Source of the DNA: Dehalococcoidia bacterium
GTDB taxonomy: Bacteria; Chloroflexota; Dehalococcoidia; Lucifugimonadales; UBA3495
Reading direction: 5' to 3'
NCBI GenBank assembly: GCA_965207275.1
Contig: CBDBMH010000002.1
Location: forward strand, 2,971,651-3,035,650
Length of the DNA stretch: 64,000 bases
The notes below the pieces were generated by a model. That model saw only the letters and a program-made list of their open reading frames with translations, ran no database searches and was not told the DNA's origin. Of the stretch, positions 19,408-27,612 are shown piece by piece. Every line of letters begins with the position of its first letter. The stretch's first letter is position 1. The position numbers and the translations under genes were made by a program.

Positions 19408-20193
19408 TTACAGAATGGAAGTTTCGTAGGCTCCCCTTCGCCTGGCATCCGCCTCTACAAATCGGAAAAACAGGTACCCGAACAGACCGTAGCAGATTCC
19501 TACAGCCAGTTCCCAGAAAAGGTGACTTCCGACAGCCATGGGCGCAACGCCCAGGAAGGCCTCTCGGAAGGCGGTTACGCCATGCGTAAGGGGCAGGACT
19601 TTACCCACATAAGGCAGGAACCAGGGCAGGTCGCTGACCGGGATGACTACGCCGGTGAAAACGATCAGCAGACCGGAGGCCGCTGCGCTTATCACCAGCC
19701 AGTCCCGGATGACAATGGCGAAAACGCCTATGGCCAGCGCGAAGGCTGTGCAGGAAAAGCCGATCAGCAGTATGGAGCTTACCAGGGTCACCCAGTTTGT
19801 GGCGGAAAGATCCAGCCCGACGAACGCCCAGGCGAAAAGCAGGCTGGTCGCCACCGTAAACATTCCGTTGGGAAAGTGCATCGTTCCCCGGCTCCAGTAA
19901 ATCAGCCACCGATTGCCCGAGCACCCGAGCACGTGAGCCAGGGTTCCGATTACCCGCTCGTAGTAGTTGCACTGGGTAATGCCCCAGGTCAGGATGAAGG
20001 GCGTTGAGTAGGCTGCCATTCCCTTGATGTAATAGTCCGAGTCCAGGGGGCTGTTGGCGAACCTTCCCGTCAGCATCAGCATGGTGATGTAGAGCACCGG
20101 AACCAGGAAAACGTTCCCGGTGTAGGCCGGCCAGTTCAGCCAGAAGAACAGGGCGCGGTAGGTCAGGTAGGATTGAACGAGGAAGTTGGTCAC
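19408..20193 (-). CDS. ABC-2 type transporter permease
   Basis: 261 aa with 6 predicted TM helices, 23 nt upstream of the ATPase gene. Confidence 0.75.
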   Translation of the reverse strand: MTNFLVQSYLTYRALFFWLNWPAYTGNVFLVPVLYITMLMLTGRFANSPLDSDYYIKGMAAYSTPFILTWGITQCNYYERVIGTLAHVLGCSGNRWLIYWSRGTMHFPNGMFTVATSLLFAWAFVGLDLSATNWVTLVSSILLIGFSCTAFALAIGVFAIVIRDWLVISAAASGLLIVFTGVVIPVSDLPWFLPYVGKVLPLTHGVTAFREAFLGVAPMAVGSHLFWELAVGICYGLFGYLFFRFVEADARRRGAYETSIL

Positions 20194-20200
20194 GGCCCCC

Positions 20201-20980
20201 CTAGAAAGCTCTCATGTTGCCGTCAACACGAACACGGCGCTCGACCCTGGTCAGCAACCAATAGGCAAATATCAAGTAGCCCAGGGAAATCGCCAGGGCG
20301 ATAACCAGATGCAGGAAGCCTCGCAGCACGTTCCCCTGGGATTCCAGGGCGATGATTACGGCATCCATGGCCCAAGCCGCAGGAAGGAGTCGGGCCAGAA
20401 ACTCTATGCCGGGGGCCAGGAAGGCAACCGGATAAAAGAAACCGCTCAACACCACGCCCAGGGGCCTGATTACGTTGAAGAACCCTTCGCGGCCCCGCAC
20501 CAGCAGAAAAAGGGGAGCGAAGACAATGGCCACGGACAGTACGCTGAAGGCTCCTATTCCCACGCCAAAAGTCAGCAGCAGGGGATCAGACACCCGTATA
20601 AACTGTCCGGAAATCCATAAGATCGCTACGAGCGGCAGCAATGCGGAGAGGGTGCCAAGCACCGTAAGTGCCGATGCCCTGGCAAGGACAACCACCGCCA
20701 GAGGGGTTCGAGCCGTCGCTACATAGTCGTAGGTTCCGCCCAGGATGTCTCCAGTAATGGTCCAGCCAACTCTGATTGAGACCCGGTTCCAGATAGACAT
20801 CAGTAGAACCCCGACGAACAGGTAGTCCAGGGGAACTGAGGTGGATCCCTTGCTGGCAATCCAGGCTAACACTACGGCTATAGGCACATGGGTTACCAGC
20901 GATAGGGTTATCTCTCCCCATTGAAAGTCGCCGTTGAGCCGTTCAACAAAGGCTGTAATGAATGCGTAAGAGTTGCCCAT
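20201..20980 (-). CDS. ABC-2 type transporter permease (paralog A)
   Basis: 259 aa polytopic protein, collinear without gaps with 21035..21814. The long shared block is FAPLFLLVRGREGFFNVIRPLGVVL.GFFYPVAFLAPG.EFLAR.LPAAWAMDAVI. Confidence 0.8.
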   Translation of the reverse strand: MGNSYAFITAFVERLNGDFQWGEITLSLVTHVPIAVVLAWIASKGSTSVPLDYLFVGVLLMSIWNRVSIRVGWTITGDILGGTYDYVATARTPLAVVVLARASALTVLGTLSALLPLVAILWISGQFIRVSDPLLLTFGVGIGAFSVLSVAIVFAPLFLLVRGREGFFNVIRPLGVVLSGFFYPVAFLAPGIEFLARLLPAAWAMDAVIIALESQGNVLRGFLHLVIALAISLGYLIFAYWLLTRVERRVRVDGNMRAF

Positions 20981-21034
20981 GTCAGTGACTGCCTTTTGGA
21001 TTCCGAGCCCCGGCTTAGCTGGAGGGACTCGTTT

Positions 21035-21814
21035 CTAAAATGCTCTCATGTTGCCGTCAATCCGAACGCGGCGCTCGACCTTGACCAGCAGAAAATAAGC
21101 CAGGCACAGATACGCTAGGGAGATAGCCAGCGCAATAGTGAGGTCCAGTGTCCCCCCCAGCGCGCTCCCCTCGGAGTCTAATGCAAGGATGACGGCATCC
21201 ATGGCCCAGGCCGCCGGCAGGATGCGGGCCAGGAACTCCACGCCAGGGGCGAGAAAGGCCACCGGATAAAAGAAACCACCCAGCACCACGCCCAGGGGCC
21301 TTATCACGTTGAAGAAGCCCTCACGGCCCCGGACCAGCAGGAACAAGGGCGCAAAGACAATAGACACTGATAACACGCTGAATGCTCCAACCCCGATGCT
21401 GAAGGCCAGCAGCAACGGTTCGGCCACCTGGATAACCTGCCCCGATACCCACCAGATCATCAGGACCGGTACCAGCCCTGAAAGAATGCCAAGAACACTG
21501 ATGGCAAGGGCCCTGGCAAAAACCACCTGCGCCAGGGGAGTGCGTGTCGTTGCTATGTAATCGTAGGTGCCGGCCAGGATATCTCCGGTGATGGACCAAC
21601 CCAGGCGTATTGAAACCCGGTTCCAGATGGACATCAAGACGACACCCACGATCAAATAGTTTATTGGAACAGAACTGGCGCCCTTGCTGGCGATCCACGC
21701 CAGCACCACGGCCAAAGGGATGTTGACCACCAAAAAGAACAGGACTTCGCCGAGCTGCATGTCGTATTTGAGCTGTTCAACCAAGGCGCTGTTGAATGCG
21801 TATATGCAGCCCAT
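21035..21814 (-). CDS. ABC-2 type transporter permease (paralog B)
   Basis: 259 aa. Tandem paralog of 20201..20980 with the same length and the same C-terminal ...DGNMRAF. Confidence 0.8.
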   Translation of the reverse strand: MGCIYAFNSALVEQLKYDMQLGEVLFFLVVNIPLAVVLAWIASKGASSVPINYLIVGVVLMSIWNRVSIRLGWSITGDILAGTYDYIATTRTPLAQVVFARALAISVLGILSGLVPVLMIWWVSGQVIQVAEPLLLAFSIGVGAFSVLSVSIVFAPLFLLVRGREGFFNVIRPLGVVLGGFFYPVAFLAPGVEFLARILPAAWAMDAVILALDSEGSALGGTLDLTIALAISLAYLCLAYFLLVKVERRVRIDGNMRAF

Positions 21815-22427
21815 TGTCTACCCCGCCATACCCTCTTCTTCCGGTGCAGGCATCCACCGACCCAAAGCTGATCACCCCTTGGGAGGGGAGTGCTAACGCC
21901 CCCATAGGTCGCACCTTACGCAGAGCCAATCTCCTTCAGGACACAGGTTCAAGTCTCCAAAAAAAATCGGCGGGAAGCTTGATTCTGAAATGAGCTTCTC
22001 GCCGTCGTTGCCTTCTTGGCATTTATGAACACTCTAATTCAGAAGCAATGTTCCGTTCCAATGCCACTTAACGACAGACACAGATGCAACCCTTCCGACA
22101 CCCGTGTTACGGGGGCCCCATTGACGAGCATCTGTGTGAAGGGAAATTATCATCGTAACCTGTTCACGTACTGAGCTTGGTAAGGCTAGCACCGGCGCAA
22201 AGGAATTGTCAACTGCGCGTTGGCATGTACAACCGGTGATCTCCGGTAAGCCCGTAGCCTCTATTTCATGGGAGAGTTCATCCACCATCGACCCGCGCGG
22301 GTTGCCCCTATAGCTCCAATCTACGGTCTGTTTACATTCAGGATTCTACAAGAAAAGCATATAACCTCCACCCACAGCGCAGGTTGACGTCCAAATTCCA
22401 AGCATTCAAATGCAGGGAAGGACACGC

Positions 22428-22601
22428 ATGACCAAAGACCTGTTGCCCGGGCTTTTCCTGGTTTTGGCCCCTGTAGTCGCCCTCACGGGTTGCTACTTCG
22501 GCTCTCCCCCGCATGGCCAAAACCCAAGCCATGACGAGAGCTGGATACAGGAAATGGTAGAGAAGTATTGGGCTGATCCGAGTGACATGCCGATTTGGTG
22601 A
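22428..22601 (+). CDS. possible small lipoprotein or 5' remnant of a decayed gene
   Basis: ATG at 22428 after GGGAAGGA. Signal peptide with lipobox LFLVLAPVVALTG-C. Protein-like sequence continues in another frame after the stop. Confidence 0.3.
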   Translation: MTKDLLPGLFLVLAPVVALTGCYFGSPPHGQNPSHDESWIQEMVEKYWADPSDMPIW

Positions 22602-23081
22602 GTTTGCATCCATTGAGGGCGCTCCCGAGCCTATGGTCGTTCCCGTGTTCGATGACTGTGATTTCTTCCCTTACGTAGATGCGCCGCCATTGTCTAACCC
22701 CACAAAGAGATCCCAGTGAGGAGCCGAGGCGGACGCCCAGCGAAGGGAGCGATTTGTTTGCGCTGACGGTCAGTGTGTAACTTACCTCCCCTAAGAATCC
22801 TCCAATCAAATTGCGCCTGCTCAAATACGATTTAGATGGGAACGTAGCTCATTAAGCGGAGGGAACGGCGGACATTGCCCATGCCATGAACTGCCGACGG
22901 CCGGTGGCGCGGCAGGTAATAAATCGATCGACAGACAGTGCATCAATCCTGGTTTGAATTACCAACAAACCTCATGCACCGCCAACGGGTGCAACCAGTT
23001 GACGGGGCCCAGTGACCTGTATATAGTCTGATTGCCGAACCAAAGGTTGTGGGTCGGCGTGACATTAACAATTTAACATCG

Positions 23082-23263
23082 CCCTAAGGTGGCCCGCCTC
23101 AGTCGGGCCAAAGAGGGAAGCCGGTGAGAAACCGGCGCGGTCGCGCCACTGTAACTGGCAAAGCCGCTCTTTCCGCTACATTGCGGAGCCACTGGTCCGT
23201 CAGGGACTGGGAAGGCTGGAGCGGGTGTCCAATAGCCAGGAGCCAGGAGACCTGCCTTGGGGT
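23082..23263 (+). promoter_or_regulatory. cobalamin (B12) riboswitch aptamer
   Basis: AGGGAAGCCGGTGAGAAACCGGCGCGGTCGCGCCACTGTAA core and a B12-box GCCACTGG...GGGAAGGC. The 3' element is AGCCAGGAGACCTGCC. P1 pairs CCCTAAGG (23083..) with CCTTGGGG (23256..). Confidence 0.87.
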
Positions 23264-23313
23264 GTGCCTTCAATACGCTTCGCGGAAGGGCGTAGGTGGA
23301 TCAATTTGATGCA

Positions 23314-23343
23314 AGCCCGACTGAAGAGGTCGGGCTTTTTTGT
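23314..23343 (+). terminator. intrinsic terminator / riboswitch expression platform
   Basis: AGCCCGAC-tgaagag-GTCGGGCT followed by TTTTTTGTT, 16 nt before the GAGGTG Shine-Dalgarno of the downstream gene. Confidence 0.75.
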
Positions 23344-23359
23344 TGCGAGGTGAACAAAA

Positions 23360-24187
23360 ATGGACATGGCTGAACATCCTTTAGTACGCAGTCTGCGGGA
23401 AGCCGGAGAGCTGGACCCTTACATGGACATGCCGGTTTGGGACGACGATCAGACCGGCTGGAGTCCGGCTACCGCCCTGTTCCAGGTCGAAGATACCACT
23501 TTGCGTGACCTGGTGATGAGCTACGGGTACGCGAGATGGAGGACTACCAACAATCACGTTGCAGCTTCGGCCTTCATCATCGCCTACCTCACACGGTTCA
23601 TCTTTCCGGTGGTCGGCCAGTATGTGTTGAGCAGGAGGGTCCCCAGGGTGACCCTGGAGAACCTGGCCTTTCATCGCACCGATGGTCTTATCGACGCTAC
23701 CGGGCTGAAGCAGCCGCAGTTCGCCGTACTTCCCGATGATCCGGCGGCCGGCCACCCTGATGCTGAAGTCGTCCACAGCGAGGCCGACCTGTACCAGCGG
23801 TTCAAGGACTGGGCCCTATCGTCCAACGCGGAAATTATAATTGCCGCCCTGCGCCGTTCCGTCCCCGCCAGCCTCAAGGTCTCACAAAACGCGGTAGCCG
23901 CCTCCTGCGGGCAGGCCCTGCACCGCCTCTATGACCACGTGGATGACAAGAGCCCGGTACTCAGCGCTGCCGAGTCACTCTTTGGAGACCCGTCATCTCT
24001 GATCTACTGCCAGATCAGTATGGAAGTCATTGAGCATGGAGGGAGAAGCGGGTTTTTTGCCAGGCGGGCCGGATGCTGCCTGGTCTGGCGTACCAGAGGG
24101 GACGGCAGGTATTGCTCCAACTGCATCATCCAGCCCAGGGAAGAACAGACACGTCTGTTTAAGGAGACGCTGGAGAGAGTTAGATGA
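23360..24187 (+). CDS. FhuF-like (ferric-siderophore reductase family) 2Fe-2S protein
   Basis: 275 aa. The C-terminal motif RRAGCCLVWRTRGDGRYCSNC (C-C-x11-C-x2-C) matches the unusual FhuF C-terminal cluster motif. It is the only gene downstream of the B12 riboswitch. Confidence 0.65.
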   Translation: MDMAEHPLVRSLREAGELDPYMDMPVWDDDQTGWSPATALFQVEDTTLRDLVMSYGYARWRTTNNHVAASAFIIAYLTRFIFPVVGQYVLSRRVPRVTLENLAFHRTDGLIDATGLKQPQFAVLPDDPAAGHPDAEVVHSEADLYQRFKDWALSSNAEIIIAALRRSVPASLKVSQNAVAASCGQALHRLYDHVDDKSPVLSAAESLFGDPSSLIYCQISMEVIEHGGRSGFFARRAGCCLVWRTRGDGRYCSNCIIQPREEQTRLFKETLERVR

Positions 24188-25012
24188 CAGGAAGCCGGTT
24201 AGACCCTCAAGACTTCCTGACAGATCAGATCTCTCCTTAGAGGAAAACGACCTCCCCGAGTTGTGCTGGTTGCGGGCAGCCTCCTCCTGGAGTGCACGGT
24301 CAAGATTGGCGGCGCCGGGGACGCGTCGACCGGCCGTCTTACGTCAAGAAGTTACAAAGTACCCGAAGCGCCGTGAGGCCTCTGCCCACCGTAGCGTCTT
24401 CGGTGGGTTTCGACCTTCTTCCAGGTTTCTTTCCGGCGCAGGACTCAGTTCCCGTTGAAATGTCATTCAGCCAAGGCTGCCTCTTCCGGGACGACCTCAA
24501 CCGGGGCGACGCCGTCCTTATGCCGAGGAAGTGGTAGAAAGGACACATGGTCAGGCTGGGAATCATCAACGGCGCTTACGAGCATTGCAGCGGGGAAGTC
24601 TTCCCGCACCGCCGCAGTGTTAAATGGGAACCCTCAGACGTGCCGAGGGCGACAGTCCCAGACTCTTGGACACCTTCCAACCAACAGACAATAATCCGGG
24701 CTGGTTACCGTCTCGACCATTGCCTCCGATGCCCGGTGCGGGTTCCCTCCGCTTCCTCAACGCCGGACCACCCAGCTTGGGCCGTCGGGTGATGACTCTC
24801 TTCTTCCTTTGTCCTCCTTTGTCCTCGTACATGCCCGGGGGTTCAATTCTCGACAGGCAACCTGGCACCGGGGTAAAGTTCGGTTGGTCGAGATTGAGCC
24901 TGTGAGCAGACTTGCACATATATACTGTTCCAGAGCCGTCCTGGCATGATGTATTCCGGCGGGGAACAGAACCTGGAATGCGTTGGACTGCTAGCGAAAG
25001 ACCGGTGAACAA

Positions 25013-25651
25013 ATGACTCGTAACCTGGATTTCTGCGCCATTGACGTGGAGACGGCCAACCACCGAGTGTCCAGCATTTGCCAGGTTGGCATTGTTCAAG
25101 TAACGGAGGGCAGGGTGGAGACCTGCTACTCCAGGCTGGTGAACCCGGAAGAGGGGTTCAACAGCTTCAATGTCCGGCTGCACGGCATTGGACCCGGGTC
25201 GGTCAGCGGGGCGCCGTCCTTTGACGAGATCTTTGCCGAAGTGTTCGACCTGCTGGACGGCAGGGTGCTGGTGAGTCACACCTTCTTCGATCGGGGCGCG
25301 ATGGATGGGGCGGCCCGAAGGTACGGGCTGCCCTTATTGCCGGTTACGTGGCTGGACAGCGTAGCCATAGCGCGCCGCGCCTGGCCGGAGAGACGGGGGA
25401 ACCGGGGGTACCGGCTGGCCAGCCTGGCTGCCGACCTGGGCATATCCTTCCGCCACCATGACGCGCTGGAGGATGCCAGGGCGGCGGCAGGCGTAGCGCT
25501 CTACGCCTGCATGGAGACGGGGATGGATATTGACGACTGGGTGCGGCAGTTCGACCGCAACAGGGCACGCCGGTCCCGCCCTGGAGAAAGAGCCCCAGGG
25601 AGAGCCCGCCAGTCAAGAACCAGTCGGCCGGGAAAGGCCACCGGCGAATGA
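25013..25651 (+). CDS. DnaQ-like 3'-5' exonuclease (DEDDh) domain protein
   Basis: FCAIDVETAN (ExoI), SHTFFDRG (ExoII-like), HHDALEDARA (ExoIII H-x4-D). Confidence 0.85.
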   Translation: MTRNLDFCAIDVETANHRVSSICQVGIVQVTEGRVETCYSRLVNPEEGFNSFNVRLHGIGPGSVSGAPSFDEIFAEVFDLLDGRVLVSHTFFDRGAMDGAARRYGLPLLPVTWLDSVAIARRAWPERRGNRGYRLASLAADLGISFRHHDALEDARAAAGVALYACMETGMDIDDWVRQFDRNRARRSRPGERAPGRARQSRTSRPGKATGE

Positions 25652-26147
25652 CTCCAGGTCATTCCAGCTATAGGAGACCTCGGGCAACTGAACACCTCCA
25701 ACAACGTCCAGCCGTTCCCTGTCCAGCTTGCCACCCAGGGCTTGGTAGAAACGGCGGGCGGGCAGGTTGGCGGCCAGCACCCAGACGGTCATTGAGCTGA
25801 CGCCCTGGGACTGCAAATGCCGGGCCACGGCCCGGATCAGGCTAAGCTCTTTCCCATTGTGGTCGTCCTGGTCCCCATGCCACGTCTCCAGGCAGGGACT
25901 TTAGACCCTTCGGTAAGCTCAGGGTGACATGATTTGCCGACTAGAGTGCTTTGACCCGGGCAAGTAGCAATTAATATGCGACTGCCCTGACCCAGACGGT
26001 CTTTGATTTGATGCGCCTGGAATGAAGGCGCCGGGCTACGGAGCGGGTCCGATGGCCGATGCCCCGGCAGGTCGCGCGCCAGGTTTCGGCGCGGACCCGG
26101 CCGACGGCGGGGGCGTCGTCAGCGGTGGCCCGGCGTATCACTACCAT
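25613..26147 (-). pseudogene. decayed GNAT-family N-acetyltransferase interrupted by a dispersed-repeat element
   Basis: The N-terminal piece MVVIRRATADDAPAVGRVRAETWRATCRGI starts at ATG 26147. The C-terminal piece is LETWHGDQDDHNGKELSLIRAVARHLQSQGVSSMTVWVLAANLPARRFYQALGGK (stop at 25613). The pieces lie in different frames (span 535 nt, 1 mod 3). A repeat element at about 25895..25992 sits between them. Confidence 0.5.
25895..25992 (+). repeat. dispersed repeat, composite A-core + B-box copy (inside GNAT pseudogene)
   Basis: TTAGACCCTTCGGTAAGCTCAGGGTGACATGA, then about 45 nt, then ATGCGACTGCCCTG. This is the same architecture as the copies at 44412, 45259, 45578 and 56052. Confidence 0.7.
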
Positions 26148-26192
26148 CTACCGTCAACCATCAACCATCAACCATCTACCATCAGCCACCAG
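26144..26192. repeat. heptanucleotide microsatellite (CCATCAA)n, 7 degenerate units
   Basis: CCATCTA CCGTCAA CCATCAA CCATCAA CCATCTA CCATCAG CCACCAG, read directly from the sequence. Confidence 0.8.
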
Positions 26193-26220
26193 CGTTGCCG
26201 CTTCTTCCCAGGGACTGAGG

Positions 26221-27270
26221 TCAGCCGGCTGCCAGGGCCGGCAGGATGTGGTTGGCAAAGGCCTCGACCTCTGCCTGGGGCGGAGCGAAGGTAAGGCAGG
26301 GCATCAGGTATAGCTGGTTGACGCCGCAAGCGGCCATTTCCTGGATACGGCGGGTACAGTGTTCGGGAGTGCCGATGAGGCCCATGGCGTCGCAAAGCTG
26401 CCCGTTGACCTCGTCACCGACAAAGCCGGTCATGTCAATGGCTTCTTCCCAGTTGGGGGCGTGGCCCAGATCGGGGTAGATGTCGTACACCGCCTGGGGG
26501 ATCTCATATGCGGGTATTTCGCAATCCGAATAGGGGAGCCAGTTGGGGCCGCCCCACATCAGACCCCAGTGGACGGCAACGGGCCTGGCCAGTCGACGGG
26601 CTTCTTCGATGGAACCGGCGATGCAGGTCCTCACGGCGAACATTATGTCCAGATCGTCCAGGGTCCGGCCGCTCCTTCGGGCGCCGGTGTCCAGGTGCTC
26701 CAGGGCCTTCTCGACGATTCCGGGGGTGTAGCCCACCAGGGCCAGCGCGCCGTCGGCCACCTCGCCGGCCAGTTGCAGGGAACGGGGACCGGACGCAGCC
26801 ATCAGCACGGGTACGCCGGCGCCGCCATCGCTCCCCGCGAAATCCAGTCGGTTGGTCATCCCGTTATATTCCACGCTTTCCCCGGACAGAAGGGCCTTTA
26901 CCTCGGTGATGCAACGGCGCATCTGCCGCAGGGTGGCGGGACGCCGGCCGATGGTAGTGGCGGAAGTGTAGCCGGTGCCGATAATCACCCGGGTACGGCC
27001 GGGGGCTATTTCGGCCACCGTTTGCGCCGCGCCAGCCAGTACCGGGGCAATGCGGCCGAAAGGATTGGTAACCGCGGGGAAGAGGCGGAGGGCGCTGGTG
27101 GCGCTGGCGGCCAGGCCCAGGGTTACAAAGGTGTCCCGGCAGATCATCTGGCTGTCCAGGATACCGGCGCCGTCGAAGCCGGCAGCCTCGATCTGCCGGA
27201 TCATGTCCAGCAGTTCGGGCATGGGCGAGGTTCCGGGTACGCGCATGGAGATTCTGACAGGCTGGGCCAT
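26221..27270 (-). CDS. LLM-class (F420/flavin-dependent) oxidoreductase
   Basis: ATG at 27270 follows GGAGGT; ORF track start is 27369. IEAAGFDGAGILDSQ...RLFPAVTNP...GTGY pattern of the luciferase-like family. Confidence 0.85.
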   Translation of the reverse strand: MAQPVRISMRVPGTSPMPELLDMIRQIEAAGFDGAGILDSQMICRDTFVTLGLAASATSALRLFPAVTNPFGRIAPVLAGAAQTVAEIAPGRTRVIIGTGYTSATTIGRRPATLRQMRRCITEVKALLSGESVEYNGMTNRLDFAGSDGGAGVPVLMAASGPRSLQLAGEVADGALALVGYTPGIVEKALEHLDTGARRSGRTLDDLDIMFAVRTCIAGSIEEARRLARPVAVHWGLMWGGPNWLPYSDCEIPAYEIPQAVYDIYPDLGHAPNWEEAIDMTGFVGDEVNGQLCDAMGLIGTPEHCTRRIQEMAACGVNQLYLMPCLTFAPPQAEVEAFANHILPALAAG

Positions 27271-27427
27271 TGAGACTACCTCCAGTGTTGGGCTGGGCGG
27301 GACAGGCGACGCGGGAAAGTATAACAGCGCGGGGCCGGGGCAGGTCGGGCGGCCACAACAAAGCTCCAATCCAGGCGCTTTGCGGGCAGGCCCCGCGGAC
27401 AGGGCATCGCATGAATGGCCTATCCAG

Positions 27428-27493
27428 CCGTCACTCCGGCTTTCGCCGGTATGACGGTTGTGGGTCTAGACACTCATGCGACTGCCCTGGCCC
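27428..27493. repeat. palindromic REP-like hairpin (CCGTCACTCCGGC-tttc-GCCGGTATGACGG) followed by a B-box (ATGCGACTGCCCTG)
   Basis: A second hairpin copy lies at 51619..51648. The B-box is 17/18 identical to 25976..25993. Confidence 0.55.
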
Positions 27494-27612
27494 CGCAGGT
27501 GCCCGTTCTTCCTTTTCAAAAACTGACGGGTGCCAGTGAAACCCGGCATATGGAACGCCCGGACCGGTCAACCGGGATACATCGTTCCGGCCTTGGGACG
27601 TACCCAAATTGA

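Noticed and set aside
24826-24860. tRNA-like T-loop strings (GGGGGTTCAATTCTCG at about 24836; CAGGTTCAAGTCTCC at about 21943).
   Set aside because: The flanking bases do not form a T-stem or a 7-bp acceptor stem, and no anticodon arm can be drawn.
24620-25279. 219-aa minus-strand ORF.
   Set aside because: It overlaps the first 267 nt of the well-supported DnaQ-like exonuclease gene. Its composition is Pro/Arg/Gly-rich and no motifs are present.
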